Of a DNA stretch of 64,000 bases, positions 20,415 to 30,839 are shown piece by piece. Both the position numbers and the translations under genes were made by a program. Each line of letters starts with the position of its first letter. The stretch's first letter is position 1. The DNA is from Anaerovoracaceae bacterium. Lineage in GTDB: Bacteria > Bacillota > Clostridia > Peptostreptococcales > Anaerovoracaceae. The stretch lies in assembly GCA_050953365.1 (NCBI GenBank), contig JBMNMN010000009.1, positions 117,313 through 181,312 of the forward strand. The letters run 5' to 3'. The notes beneath the pieces are model-generated. The model ran no database searches. It was not told where the DNA came from and saw only the letters and a list, made by a program, of their open reading frames with translations.

Positions 20415-21956
20415 CTATAGCGGGATATTGCCGTGTTTCTTGGCTGGCAGAGATTCTCTCTTGGAGGCCAGCATGTCAAAGGCGCTAATCACACGCTGTC
20501 TGGCGGTTGCCGGCTCAATTACATCGTCCACATATCCCATTTCCGCTGCCCGGTAAGGATTGGAGAATTTCTCTTCATATTCGGCGATCTTCTCCTGTCT
20601 CTTGGCAACCGGATCATCGGCATTTTGAATTTCGTTCCTGAACACAATATTGGCTGCGCCTTCAGCTCCCATAACGGCGATTTGTGCGCTGGGCCATGCA
20701 AATACCATATCGGCGCCCAGTTCTTTGTTACACATTCCGATGTAAGCTCCGCCGTAAGCTTTTCTTACAATCATTGTGACTTTAGGCACCGTAGCTTCAC
20801 AGTAAGCGTAGAGAAGTTTCGCTCCGTGACGGATGATACCGCCGTGCTCCTGGTCCGTTCCCGGAAGGAAGCCCGGAACGTCCACGATGGTCAGAAGCGG
20901 GATATTAAAGGCATCGCACCTTCTTACAAACCTTGCCGCTTTATCCGACGCATTTATATCCAAACAACCTGCCGCAAATTTGGGCTGGCTGGCAATGACG
21001 CCAACCGTCTGACCGTCTAAGCGAATAAAGCAGGTAATGATATTCTTTGCATAATGAGGCATTACATCAAAGATCACACCGTTGTCGGCCATCTTCCGTA
21101 TGATATCGTACATATCATACGCCTTGTTGGGATTTTCCGGAATGATCTCGTTGAACTCGGGAATCAGTCGATTCACATCATCCGTAGAACTGTAAACCGG
21201 CGCCGACTCCAGATTGTTGGAGGGCAGGTAGCTGAGCAGCTCTCTGACCTGCCGCAAGGTATCCTCATCGTCCTTGCCCATGAAATGAGCTACGCCGCTG
21301 ATAGAGTTGTGGGTCATAGCGCCCCCCAATTTCTCAGGCGTAATATCCTCGCCGGTAACGGTCTTGATGACCTGAGGTCCGGTAATAAACATCTGGCTTG
21401 TTTTATCAACCATGAATACGAAGTCCATAATTGCCGGAGAATAAACAGCTCCGCCTGCGCAGGGTCCCATAATAACGGAAATCTGGGGAATAACTCCGGA
21501 GGAAATCGTATTGTTGTAGAATATCTTGCCAAAACCTGAAAGGGAATTCACACCCTCTTGAATTCTTGCGCCGCCGGAATCATTAAGACCTACGATGGGA
21601 GCGCCCATCTTCAGCGCCATCCGCTGTATTTTTACGATTTTTTCCGCATGATATTCTCCCAGGGAACCTCCCAGTACGGTAAAGTCCTGAGCGAAGGCAA
21701 AGACTAATCTGCCGTCCACCGTACCGTAACCCGTCACTACACCGTCTCCGGGAGCTTTCGTCTCGGCCATATTGAAGTTATTGCATCTGTGGTGCACGAA
21801 AGTATCCATTTCCACAAAGCTGCCCTCATCAAACAGCAATGCAATACGCTCCCGGGCTGTCAGCTTTCCCTTGGCATGTTGATCGTCGATTCGTTTCTGC
21901 CCGCCGCCAAGCTCGAGCTCCGCCTTTCTCCTTCGAAGATCTTCAATCTTGTTCAT
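20415..21956 (-). CDS. mmdA: methylmalonyl-CoA decarboxylase alpha subunit (carboxyltransferase)
   Basis: 513-aa carboxyltransferase of the propionyl-CoA carboxylase beta-chain family. Operon context includes OadG-like, BCCP and beta subunits. Confidence 0.85.
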   Translation of the reverse strand: MNKIEDLRRRKAELELGGGQKRIDDQHAKGKLTARERIALLFDEGSFVEMDTFVHHRCNNFNMAETKAPGDGVVTGYGTVDGRLVFAFAQDFTVLGGSLGEYHAEKIVKIQRMALKMGAPIVGLNDSGGARIQEGVNSLSGFGKIFYNNTISSGVIPQISVIMGPCAGGAVYSPAIMDFVFMVDKTSQMFITGPQVIKTVTGEDITPEKLGGAMTHNSISGVAHFMGKDDEDTLRQVRELLSYLPSNNLESAPVYSSTDDVNRLIPEFNEIIPENPNKAYDMYDIIRKMADNGVIFDVMPHYAKNIITCFIRLDGQTVGVIASQPKFAAGCLDINASDKAARFVRRCDAFNIPLLTIVDVPGFLPGTDQEHGGIIRHGAKLLYAYCEATVPKVTMIVRKAYGGAYIGMCNKELGADMVFAWPSAQIAVMGAEGAANIVFRNEIQNADDPVAKRQEKIAEYEEKFSNPYRAAEMGYVDDVIEPATARQRVISAFDMLASKRESLPAKKHGNIPL

Positions 21957-22107
21957 ACAATTTTCCTCCTAGGTTTACTATTGTAACTATTAAACTATAT
22001 TTATATACAAAAATTTCCAATATAGCCAAGGGCGTATATTGTTGAAAACACACACATAGCTACTATATATTAATTGTATAACAATTTCAATAGGGATCGT
22101 TCCAGTT

Positions 22108-23660
22108 GACGGTGTCAAGTTGTTGTGGAGTTTTTGCTTGACAACTCTCCCGATGTTATGCAACCAAACCCCGTTGCCGACCATAAGACCGGATCAGGAT
22201 CTGTGTTGCAGTATTGACTGCCGGATTGTATTGTTCTTTTTCGAATATACTCCAGTCCCAACAACCATGAATTGCATTTTGTAGCCGTTTTTCCCCATAC
22301 TCCTTTAGAATGCTCCTGTTTTTTTCGTCTTCAGGTCGTCTGAAATCCTTTCCTGAAACGCTGCAACCGTTTCTTGTGTAGACTCTAAGTTCTGCCATCT
22401 TGTTTAGACCGGCTTCGCTCCAACCCATAGGATTTCTGCTTAATCTCTCCGAATACACATGACTTACTAAACCTTCTGTGCAGCTACCTATGATATCTTT
22501 TGTATATCTTCGCACAATTCCGTCCCAATTGTTTACAACATAACGGAGGAAGTTTCGAACCCGCTTCTCTTGCTTTGGTCCCTTGCAAAGAGACAGCATT
22601 TCTCGAATGAGGCTTGTCACTTTTTCCAGGCTCTTCTCTTGAACCGCCTGCCTTATACGGTGTCGGTAATTTTGTTTCGGAAAGGCCGCTGTCGCTTGTT
22701 TTAAGTGCTTCTCAAAGTGAAATCCATCCATAACATAGTGACAGTCGGCAAGCTCCTCCATTCCTTGCTTGATCCATGGAGCCCCATCACCATGAAGATA
22801 GATTCTCTCGATTTGATTTTCTTCATAAGCTTGTGAGATGTACCCGCCTACCGTTTCCCAAGCCTCTTTTGTTTGATGAATGGTGGAGGTAAAGTGTACC
22901 GGATTCATCAGGACATTTCGCCCTTTATGGACGGCTTGGATTCCTTCACTTAACGTAATCAATGGAACCATGCGGTTTTTACCTTCCTGTAGATGAACGT
23001 GGTCTTCATCGGCAAAAATATGTAGTTCCGATGCGACTCGCTTTTCTTTAGGGGCTGCCTTTTCCAGTTTTCCCACTGCTCTCAACTTATTCTTTACCGT
23101 CTGGCGGCTCACTTCACCGTTGGTTACTATCTTCGTACTCTTTTCATAGGAAACCTCTGCCGATTGTTCCACTAGGCGGGCGCTCACATTGGCACTCACT
23201 CGTTCATAGGCGTATATACCAATTATGAAATCCAACGGATATACATAGGCACCTTTTGCCTTTTCGTAATAGTAGTCTCGTTCTATGTCGATTCGACCTA
23301 CCTCCGTCAGAAGACTCCTTTGCCGGTCTTTTTCTTTTAGAATAAGCCCCTGCTCTTTTCGAAATGCCTTGTCCGCTCTAAGTTCTTCATTCAATTGCTT
23401 CACGATTCCCGATATCAGGGCTCGAACGCTTTCTTTGCAAAGACCCAGGGCATCAGATGCAAACTGATCTATATCGGATATGCCTCCTTCTTCAATCCGT
23501 TTGCAAATATTTCTTCCCAATTCCGCAATGATTTGTTGTACAATAGTTTCCACAGAGATCTTCCCTCCTTGTTTGTGTTTTGTTGCTGAAACTATTTTAA
23601 CACAGGAGAGTTGATCTCTGTTTCTTTCCTTTAAAAACTCCACAACTATTTTACACTATC
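22108..23660 (-). mobile_element. ISLre2-family insertion sequence, copy A
   Basis: 1553 bp. Imperfect IRs: GACGGTGTCAAGTTGTTGTGGAGTTTTT versus the rc of the right end, GATAGTGTAAAATAGTTGTGGAGTTTTT. 9-bp TSD GTTCCAGTT at 22099..22107 and 23661..23669. Near-identical to 52952..54504. Confidence 0.9.
22156..23643 (-). CDS. ISLre2-family (UPF0236) transposase
   Basis: 495 aa. The HGDGAPWIK block parallels NGDGGEWIK in the classic ISLre2-type protein at 54910..56364. Differs from the copy at 53000..54487 by one residue. Confidence 0.75.
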   Translation of the reverse strand: MEFLKERNRDQLSCVKIVSATKHKQGGKISVETIVQQIIAELGRNICKRIEEGGISDIDQFASDALGLCKESVRALISGIVKQLNEELRADKAFRKEQGLILKEKDRQRSLLTEVGRIDIERDYYYEKAKGAYVYPLDFIIGIYAYERVSANVSARLVEQSAEVSYEKSTKIVTNGEVSRQTVKNKLRAVGKLEKAAPKEKRVASELHIFADEDHVHLQEGKNRMVPLITLSEGIQAVHKGRNVLMNPVHFTSTIHQTKEAWETVGGYISQAYEENQIERIYLHGDGAPWIKQGMEELADCHYVMDGFHFEKHLKQATAAFPKQNYRHRIRQAVQEKSLEKVTSLIREMLSLCKGPKQEKRVRNFLRYVVNNWDGIVRRYTKDIIGSCTEGLVSHVYSERLSRNPMGWSEAGLNKMAELRVYTRNGCSVSGKDFRRPEDEKNRSILKEYGEKRLQNAIHGCWDWSIFEKEQYNPAVNTATQILIRSYGRQRGLVA

Positions 23661-23706
23661 GTTCCAGTTATTCCCGAATAATTTCGAAACGGTTCCCGCT
23701 GCAATT

Positions 23707-24918
23707 TTAAAGCGCTTTTACAATTTTCTCAATTCGCTCCAGGGCCAAAGCTACGATAAGGCCCGGAATTACAGTGGCCTCGGTGATGTCAATACCCAGT
23801 ATGTCCCGAATTTTCTTCAAACGATACTGGATTGTATTGGTATGAAGCGACATCAGCTTTGCCGTAACCGATGTTTTCATTCCCGCATCCAAAACGAAAG
23901 TTTCCAAAGTCTCCAGCAATTGCCGCCCTTTATGTTCGCCGGCCTTGCGAAAGGGAGTTAAAAGGTCCATATAGTACTTTTTGATTACCCCCCCTTTAAG
24001 TGAAATGCTAATGCAGTTTCCCGCCAAAGCCAGTTCGAATTTAGTAAAGCTTTTCTTGTGAGGAAATATGTATTGCATAAAAGGCCATGCTTCGTTGATC
24101 ATCTGATATGCATCCGTTGCCGATTCAATGCTGTCGATTCCGTTGATATAAAAGACCTCTTCCGCGCCGGCCGTCTCCAGTATTTCACAAAAGACACACT
24201 GAATGACCTCCGTATGTGATGCCTTGAGAGACTTTGCGAGAACAACTCCGTAAACCTCATTTCCCTCGGCAATTTTCAGTACACGATATCCCGTATCCGT
24301 CTCGTACTGGGACATGGCCTTAAAGGCCGCTTCCTTTTCAACGCCGCCCACCGCAAATACGGCAGCGATCTCGTCTTCGTCGTAGCCGCCTTCTTCTTTT
24401 AGCGTATAGGCCAAACTGCGATTGCCTCGACGCAAAGCCTTCAGAAATTCGGCTGTAATATCCCGCACGGGACTGTATTTCCACATTCCCATGGCAAGCT
24501 CAATGATTTCGGCCAAACGCATGATTTCTTCTTTCGAGTAGCTGTCCTCATTGTCTACCAGAAGCAGGAAGTACTTGGTGCCGTTGATCATTACCGGTCC
24601 CCAGTAAGTAAGGACACCCTCCACGTTGATCATCTTAAGAGGCCCCGTGCCTACGCCTCCTTCAATCCCACGCCTGACAGCTTCCTCCACAGTGGTTTTA
24701 TGGCGTGTCTCAACGGTAAAGACCGGATTGAAATCTTCGCTGAGGAGCACCATCTGAAAATTGTTATTGATGGCAGCTTCTCTGGCCGCAGCTTGAAAAC
24801 TGCCATATTTTTCGAAGTTCAGGAGGTGGTAGATCGTATTGTTGATCAAATTGTTGGAAAAGGTCTCATTCACACATACATTTCCCCTTTCTTTTTTTCT
24901 CCACGCCCTTCTCATCAT
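23707..24918 (-). CDS. PucR-family transcriptional regulator
   Basis: C-terminal PucR-type HTH (LHTNTIQYRLKKIRDILGIDI). The track ORF start at 25041 overlaps ftsH. Realistic starts are ATG 24918 or GTG 24873, the latter preceded by AAAGGGGAA. Confidence 0.7.
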   Translation of the reverse strand: MMRRAWRKKERGNVCVNETFSNNLINNTIYHLLNFEKYGSFQAAAREAAINNNFQMVLLSEDFNPVFTVETRHKTTVEEAVRRGIEGGVGTGPLKMINVEGVLTYWGPVMINGTKYFLLLVDNEDSYSKEEIMRLAEIIELAMGMWKYSPVRDITAEFLKALRRGNRSLAYTLKEEGGYDEDEIAAVFAVGGVEKEAAFKAMSQYETDTGYRVLKIAEGNEVYGVVLAKSLKASHTEVIQCVFCEILETAGAEEVFYINGIDSIESATDAYQMINEAWPFMQYIFPHKKSFTKFELALAGNCISISLKGGVIKKYYMDLLTPFRKAGEHKGRQLLETLETFVLDAGMKTSVTAKLMSLHTNTIQYRLKKIRDILGIDITEATVIPGLIVALALERIEKIVKAL

Positions 24919-24928
24919 GTAGGTCCGG

Positions 24929-26995
24929 TTACTGTTCATCCTGGTCCTCGTCTTCGTCCTCCGAATCATCCCATCCTTCTTCGTCGTTCTCGTCGTCCTC
25001 GTCTTCAAAATCGCCTTGGTCTTCCGGATCCCCGGCGTCATCGAAATCGTCCGAATCGTCCGCTTCTTCGTCGGCCTCCTCCGCTGCCAACTCGGCTAAA
25101 TGCTCCGCAGCCTCTTTAGCATTAGTGGCTTCGATGTTTCTCGCATGCTCATGGGTTTCCGCGATGAGTTCCTCTGCGGTTTTTTCTCCCGTAAAGAGCT
25201 TTTCGAATTGATCCGCATCCAGAGTCTCAAGTTCAAGCAGCACCTCGGCTACAAGGTGAAGCTTATCGATGTTCTCGGACAATAGTTTTTCGGCTCTCGC
25301 AAAGGCCTCTTCGATAATGTTTCTTACTTCTTCATCGATTTCCTTCGCCATCTCCTCGGAATAATTCTTTCGCGTAGAGAAATCTTTTCCGAGAAATACC
25401 TCATCGGAAGAACTGTAATTTACGGGCCCCAAACGCTCGCTCATACCGTATTTTGTAACCATGGCCCTGGCAATTTCCGTTGCGCGCTCGATGTCGTTGC
25501 TGGCACCCGTGCTGATATCGTGGAGGGTAAGCTTCTCGGCAACCCTTCCGCCCAGCAAATGAACGATCCGTTCCTGCATATCCGTCTTGGTCTGGAAGTA
25601 TTTGTCTTCTTTTGGAAGAATCATTGTAAAGCCCCCGGCAAGACCGCGGGGAATGATGGTGATCTGATGAACCGGATCGGTATTTGGAAGCAATCTGGCA
25701 ACCAATGCATGGCCGGCTTCATGATAAGCGGTGAGTTTTCTCTCCGCATCGCTGATGACCCGGCTCTTTTTCTCCGGTCCCGCAATGACTTTAGTTATGG
25801 CCTCTTCAATCTCATCCATGCGGATCACTTTGCCGTTTCTTCTCGCTGTGAGCAAAGCGGCCTCGTTCAGCATATTTTCTATATCCGCAGGCGTAAAGCC
25901 CGGCGTTCTCCTGGCCAGCACCTTCGGATCCACACCCTTGTCTAAAGGCTTGTTGCGGGAATGCACGCGGAAAATTGCTTCCCTGCCTTTAATATCCGGA
26001 ACTCCGATAACGATCTGACGGTCAAATCTGCCCGGTCTAAGCAAAGCAGGATCCAGAATATCCGGACGGTTAGTGGCAGCCAATATAATTATTCCACTAT
26101 TTTCCGCAAAACCATCCATCTCAACCAGCAGTTGATTAAGAGTCTGTTCTCTTTCATCGTGACCGCCGCCCAAGCCGGCTCCTCTTTTTCTGCCCACCGC
26201 ATCAATTTCGTCGATAAATACGATGCAAGGAGCGTTTTTCTTTGCCTGCTCAAACAGATCCCTTACCCGGGAAGCGCCCACGCCAACGAACATCTCTACA
26301 AAGTCCGAACCGCTGATGGTAAAAAACGGAACGCCCGCTTCCCCCGCGGTCGCTCTGGAAATATAGGTTTTTCCCGTTCCCGGCGGTCCTACCAGCAAAA
26401 TGCCCTTGGGAATCCTGGCGCCGAGATTTCTGTATTTTTTCGGATATTTGAGGAAATCCACCACTTCCGCCAGTTCCTCTTTTTCTTCATCCAGGCCCGC
26501 TACGTCACTGAAGGTGACAAGCCTCTGATCACCCTCTTTGTGGAGTTTTGCCCTGCTTTTACCGAAAGACATGACGCCTTTTCCGCCGCCCTGCCCCTGC
26601 TGCATGAAAACAAACCAAAAAAGCACAAAGATCAATATCATGACCGCTGTGGGCAAAATAGATAAGATCCATGAGGTACTGGAAGGTTTCTCACTGGTTA
26701 ACACGAGGGTGCCTTCCTCTATTTGGGGGAAAATATGTTTCTCACTGAGAAGCATGAGCTCCACCGCAGAAGGCGCGTAGGCGCTCACCTTTTCACCTGA
26801 TTTCAGCGTGCCTAATAGACTCGTTTCTATGATAGTCAGTTCTTTGACCTGTTTATTTTGAATGTATCTAACAAAATCGGAGAACTCAACCTCCTTAATC
26901 TGAGGGCCCTGGTTTCCCTGATAGACCCAGGTAATAGCCATAACCAACACAAGGATGATTATATAAACACCGATATTTTTGGCGATTCTGTTCAA
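24929..26995 (-). CDS. ftsH: ATP-dependent zinc metalloprotease FtsH
   Basis: Two N-terminal TM helices, Walker A GPPGTGKT, an AAA SRH region, the HEAGH zinc motif and a strongly acidic C-terminal tail. TTG start with GGAGG upstream. Confidence 0.95.
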   Translation of the reverse strand: MNRIAKNIGVYIIILVLVMAITWVYQGNQGPQIKEVEFSDFVRYIQNKQVKELTIIETSLLGTLKSGEKVSAYAPSAVELMLLSEKHIFPQIEEGTLVLTSEKPSSTSWILSILPTAVMILIFVLFWFVFMQQGQGGGKGVMSFGKSRAKLHKEGDQRLVTFSDVAGLDEEKEELAEVVDFLKYPKKYRNLGARIPKGILLVGPPGTGKTYISRATAGEAGVPFFTISGSDFVEMFVGVGASRVRDLFEQAKKNAPCIVFIDEIDAVGRKRGAGLGGGHDEREQTLNQLLVEMDGFAENSGIIILAATNRPDILDPALLRPGRFDRQIVIGVPDIKGREAIFRVHSRNKPLDKGVDPKVLARRTPGFTPADIENMLNEAALLTARRNGKVIRMDEIEEAITKVIAGPEKKSRVISDAERKLTAYHEAGHALVARLLPNTDPVHQITIIPRGLAGGFTMILPKEDKYFQTKTDMQERIVHLLGGRVAEKLTLHDISTGASNDIERATEIARAMVTKYGMSERLGPVNYSSSDEVFLGKDFSTRKNYSEEMAKEIDEEVRNIIEEAFARAEKLLSENIDKLHLVAEVLLELETLDADQFEKLFTGEKTAEELIAETHEHARNIEATNAKEAAEHLAELAAEEADEEADDSDDFDDAGDPEDQGDFEDEDDENDEEGWDDSEDEDEDQDEQ

Positions 26996-27060
26996 CGATA
27001 AGGTTCCTCCTTTATTTCTGTTTTGTTATCCGGCCATCTCTTATTCACTTTGTTATGAAC

Positions 27061-27132
27061 TTATGAACCGGTTTCATTTGCATTTTATAAACCGGTTTTA
27101 CGTATATTTTGTGAACCGGATAATCGTAAAAA
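27061..27132. repeat. 3 x 24-bp tandem repeat with AACCGG core
   Basis: Units are TTATGAACCGGTTTCATTTGCATT, TTATAAACCGGTTTTACGTATATT and TTGTGAACCGGATAATCGTAAAAA. AACCGG occurs at 27066, 27090 and 27114. Confidence 0.85.
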
Positions 27133-27217
27133 CAATACCGGCAGCGTGTTTTAATCTTTGTTCACAGATGCTTTTAACTTCGACGTTTTTACGCTGCTAA
27201 AGTATCGAAATATTTTA

Positions 27218-28705
27218 TCATACTAACGGCACATATTCAACACAAACTATCTCTGTTGCGGACTCCGTCACTTTATAATTTTCGTTCAGCCGATGGCCCA
27301 CGACCCAGAGCACTTCCCGGCCGAAGCATAGCAAAGGAATTCGGTCCCGTTCCTCCCACGGTATTTTCTCGTCAACAAAATAATCCTGCAATTTTTTCCT
27401 GCCCCTCATTCCCAAGGGAATGATATAGTCCCCGGACCTTCGTGTTCGAATAAAAATCCCGTCTTTTATTCCCTTCCCCGCAAGATCCAGGCAAGCGCAA
27501 AATCGATTGTTTCTATACAACTTAGGATCCGGCTTTTCCTGTAAAATTCTAACCTTAAGCAAGGCATTTAATTCAGGTATCTGCACGGTATTATTCAAAG
27601 ACACCGGATAACAGAATGCAGTATTTCCTTTATTTTCATCCTCGGCGTTACTTTGGAATCGGTCTCCGATTTTCTCGATTTGTCTGTACAGTTCTCCCTT
27701 TCCGTAAGTGAGACGTAATCCATAGCCGTCCGGAAACGCAATGCGATCGCCGGTCCTGCCCTGTCGAAGCAGATAGTCTGCGCTGTCAAGATGCACGGCA
27801 GTCATGTCCTGAAGCAACCCCATCTCTTTTAGGGATGCGTTAATAAGCCTCTTTCCGATGGCAGGATGAAGTTTTTTATAGCCCTCCCGGTCTATTTTGC
27901 AGCTTTCCCCTTCATGGGTTAAGATTTCTTTCGCTCTCTCAACCTGCAGATAAAGATATTCTTTATCTGCCCATGCAATCCCGGCCAAGCGGTTGAGCGC
28001 CGATAGAATGTTTCCGTTGTATTGCGATTGTAAAAGAGGAAGTAACTCCAACCGGATACGATTGCGTGTATAGGCAGGTTCAAGGTTAGTCAGGTCGATT
28101 CTGGGGTTTAGATTGCGCTCTTCACAATATTCTTCGATCTCGTCGCGGCTTACATCCAAGAGCGGCCGAATAATCAACCCGTCATGAATATATTCCATGC
28201 CGGCCAATCCATCCGTTCCGGTACCTCGAATGATCCGCATGAGCAGAGTCTCGGCCTGATCATTGGAATTGTGCGCCGTAGCAATTTTCACCTTCGGCGC
28301 TTTCAAAGCGCCGTTCGATGATTCTCTCTCTCTTTTTATTTTGGATTCTATCTCTTTCTTTACCTTGTCAAATGCCTCGTATCTTGCCATGCGCCCCGCT
28401 TCTTCCACAGAAACTTTCTGTTCTGCCGCAAGCGCTTTCACATCATAATAAAAGACATGACAAGGAATTCCAAACCTTCGGCACAGCTCTTCCGTATAGC
28501 GCTGATCCTCGTCCGCCTTTTCGCCTCGCAATTGGTGATTTACGTGAACGGCATGGAGAGTTAGTTCCCATTCTTCGGCCAGTTCCTGAAAAACAGAAAG
28601 AAGACATACCGAATCCGGGCCGCCGGAAACGCCAATGACTATGTGTTCACCTTTTTCGATCAGGTTATTCTGCGTAATGGTTTTCCTTACTTTATCTGTA
28701 ACCAT
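27218..28705 (-). CDS. tilS: tRNA(Ile)-lysidine synthetase
   Basis: PP-loop SGGPDS with a TilS C-terminal domain. The track ORF opens with TTG at 28729; the first ATG is at 28705. Confidence 0.9.
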   Translation of the reverse strand: MVTDKVRKTITQNNLIEKGEHIVIGVSGGPDSVCLLSVFQELAEEWELTLHAVHVNHQLRGEKADEDQRYTEELCRRFGIPCHVFYYDVKALAAEQKVSVEEAGRMARYEAFDKVKKEIESKIKRERESSNGALKAPKVKIATAHNSNDQAETLLMRIIRGTGTDGLAGMEYIHDGLIIRPLLDVSRDEIEEYCEERNLNPRIDLTNLEPAYTRNRIRLELLPLLQSQYNGNILSALNRLAGIAWADKEYLYLQVERAKEILTHEGESCKIDREGYKKLHPAIGKRLINASLKEMGLLQDMTAVHLDSADYLLRQGRTGDRIAFPDGYGLRLTYGKGELYRQIEKIGDRFQSNAEDENKGNTAFCYPVSLNNTVQIPELNALLKVRILQEKPDPKLYRNNRFCACLDLAGKGIKDGIFIRTRRSGDYIIPLGMRGRKKLQDYFVDEKIPWEERDRIPLLCFGREVLWVVGHRLNENYKVTESATEIVCVEYVPLV

Positions 28706-28711
28706 ATTGAT

Positions 28712-28720
28712 ATTATACCA
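28712..28720 (-). promoter_or_regulatory. extended -10 element TGGTATAAT immediately upstream of tilS ATG
   Basis: The rc of 28712..28720 is TGGTATAAT, ending 6 nt before ATG 28705. There is no SD between them. Confidence 0.4.
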
Positions 28721-28801
28721 TATATCCAAGTTCCGTCACCCATTTTTTGTGTTCAGCCACAAAAAACATCTGAAGTGCTGCATGCGAAAAAATCAAAATT
28801 T

Positions 28802-28931
28802 TGTGCAAAAAATTGAGTTATGTGTGGATTTTAGGGGGAATGACCTTGAGATTTCACACACAACTTCATTTTTTGCACAGAAAAGACCGTTTTACAGTTT
28901 CGGATCCACACATAACTCCATATTTTGCACA
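28802..28931. repeat. 28-bp inverted repeat pair separated by 74 bp
   Basis: Left arm TGTGCAAAAAATTGAGTTATGTGTGGAT (28802..28829). The rc of 28904..28931 is TGTGCAAAATATGGAGTTATGTGTGGAT (2 mismatches). Confidence 0.85.
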
Positions 28932-29037
28932 TTTTTCTTTTATTATCGATAAGACCGGTAAAATCCACCGTCCCTCCCCCTCGGCCGACTCCGAGTGTCG
29001 CTTGCGCCGGAGGGGAAAACGCGACTCCGGATGTCAG

Positions 29038-29065
29038 TTGTACCCAAGAGAAAAATGTGTATAAT
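29038..29065 (+). promoter_or_regulatory. sigma-A-type promoter for gltX
   Basis: TTGTAC (29038..29043), a 16-nt spacer, then TATAAT (29060..29065), about 30 nt upstream of the gltX ATG. Confidence 0.5.
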
Positions 29066-29096
29066 TAAAGGATGAACTATTACAAGGAGGAACACT

Positions 29097-30743
29097 ATGG
29101 ATTATGCCGCATTGGCGGAATTGCTGTTTCCGCATATCGATAAAACCCCGGAGGACTATGAAACCATTTATCCCGAGAGGCAACTTTCTCCCGGAGCTAA
29201 AGTAACCCGCTTAGGGCCCAGTCCCACGGGATTTATTCATTTAGGCAACCTTTACGGAGCATTTGTGGACGAAAGGCTGGCCCACCAGAGCGGCGGCGTT
29301 TTCTACCTGCGTATAGAGGACACGGACGAGAAACGGGAAGTGGAAGGCGCTGTAGAAGCCATCATCTCTTCCTTGGAGTATTTTGGCATACGCTTTGATG
29401 AAGGCGTTACCGTAAACGGTGAAGCAGGACACTACGGCCCCTATTATCAGCGCCAGAGGGGAGCCATCTATCAATGCTTTGCAAAACAGTTGGTAGAAAA
29501 GGGGTTGGCTTATCCCTGCTTCTGTTCTGAAGAGGAAATCCAAGCCATTCGGGATCGGCAGGAAAAAGCCGGAGAAAATCCGGGCTATTACGGATCCTTT
29601 GCCCTGTGCCGAGATCTTGAGTTAGATGAAGTTAAGCGGAATATTCAAGAGGGAAAACCATTTGTGCTGCGCTTTCGATCGGGCGGCGATCCCTCCAGAA
29701 GTTTTCAAATTATCGACGGCATCCGAGGTCCCCTCACGATGCCTGAAAACTTTCAAGATGTGGTCTTGTTAAAACAGAACGGAATCCCCACCTATCACTT
29801 CGCCCATGTTGTGGATGATCACCTCATGCGCACAACCCATGTGGTGCGGGGAGAGGAGTGGCTTTCCTCCCTGCCGATACACGTGGCTCTCTTCGAGGCG
29901 CTGGGCTGGCCACTTCCCACTTACTGCCACACCACGGTGCTGATGAAAATGGAGGGTGAAAACAAACGCAAGCTGTCCAAACGGAAAGATCCGGAGCTTT
30001 CCCTCAATTATTACCGCAGCCTGGGGTATCATCCCAAAGCGGTGCGTGAATATCTGCTTACAATCATAAACTCCAATTACGAGGAATGGCGGCTGGCCAA
30101 TCCGGACAGCCCTATGGAAGAATTCGAATTCTCCACGGAGAAAATGAGCAGCTCGGGAACACTTTTCGACCTGGATAAGCTTAACGACGTGAGCAAAGAG
30201 GTCCTGGTGAGGATACCCGACGAAGAGCTCTATGATTTTATGCTGGACTGGGCAAGGGAGTATCGCCCCGAACTCGCCACTCTTTTTACTGAAAAAAAGG
30301 AGATGCTCCTTCGCATCTTAGCTATGGACAGACACGGAGAAAAGCCAAGAAAAGACCTGATCTATTGCGAACAAATCTTTGATTATATCAGCTACTTCTT
30401 CGACGATTACTTCCGGATACAAGACGATTATCCGGCTGAGGTTGGCAGGGAGGATCTCAAGCCCATTCTCGAATCCTATATTAATAGCTACAACCACGGC
30501 GACGACCAGTCTCAATGGTTCGATAAAATCCGAGCGCTGAGCGCCGAACTGGGCTATGCGGCAAAACCGAAAGATTACAAGAAGAATCCGGAGCTTTATA
30601 AAGGCCATGTGGGCCATGTGAGCACTGTCATCCGAATCGCTCTCATGGGTAGAGCATCTTCTCCGGATCTGTGGGAAATTCAACAGATTATGGGAGAGGA
30701 GCAGACTTTAAACCGCCTCCGTAAAGCTATTTCCGCTCTATAA
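29097..30743 (+). CDS. gltX: glutamate--tRNA ligase (long form)
   Basis: 548-aa class I aaRS. HIGH-type PSPTGFIHLGN and KMSKS-type KLSKRK. SD AAGGAGG upstream. Confidence 0.8.
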   Translation: MDYAALAELLFPHIDKTPEDYETIYPERQLSPGAKVTRLGPSPTGFIHLGNLYGAFVDERLAHQSGGVFYLRIEDTDEKREVEGAVEAIISSLEYFGIRFDEGVTVNGEAGHYGPYYQRQRGAIYQCFAKQLVEKGLAYPCFCSEEEIQAIRDRQEKAGENPGYYGSFALCRDLELDEVKRNIQEGKPFVLRFRSGGDPSRSFQIIDGIRGPLTMPENFQDVVLLKQNGIPTYHFAHVVDDHLMRTTHVVRGEEWLSSLPIHVALFEALGWPLPTYCHTTVLMKMEGENKRKLSKRKDPELSLNYYRSLGYHPKAVREYLLTIINSNYEEWRLANPDSPMEEFEFSTEKMSSSGTLFDLDKLNDVSKEVLVRIPDEELYDFMLDWAREYRPELATLFTEKKEMLLRILAMDRHGEKPRKDLIYCEQIFDYISYFFDDYFRIQDDYPAEVGREDLKPILESYINSYNHGDDQSQWFDKIRALSAELGYAAKPKDYKKNPELYKGHVGHVSTVIRIALMGRASSPDLWEIQQIMGEEQTLNRLRKAISAL

Positions 30744-30839
30744 TATTTTTACCGCGGACGATTCACATTATCGCCTGCCGCTGAATATCCTATACTACAA
30801 AATCTAAATCTAAAATCTTGGATAGAAGCAGGTGATGTA

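Noticed and set aside
24919-25041. N-terminal extension of the PucR-family ORF overlapping ftsH
   Set aside because: The Lys/Arg/Thr-rich extension is the alternate-frame reading of the acidic FtsH tail. Plausible starts lie downstream of the ftsH stop.
28730-29096. T-box leader upstream of gltX (and upstream of asnS / lysS)
   Set aside because: No T-box sequence or specifier/antiterminator architecture was seen. asnS and lysS have spacers shorter than 70 bp and appear to be co-transcribed with upstream genes.
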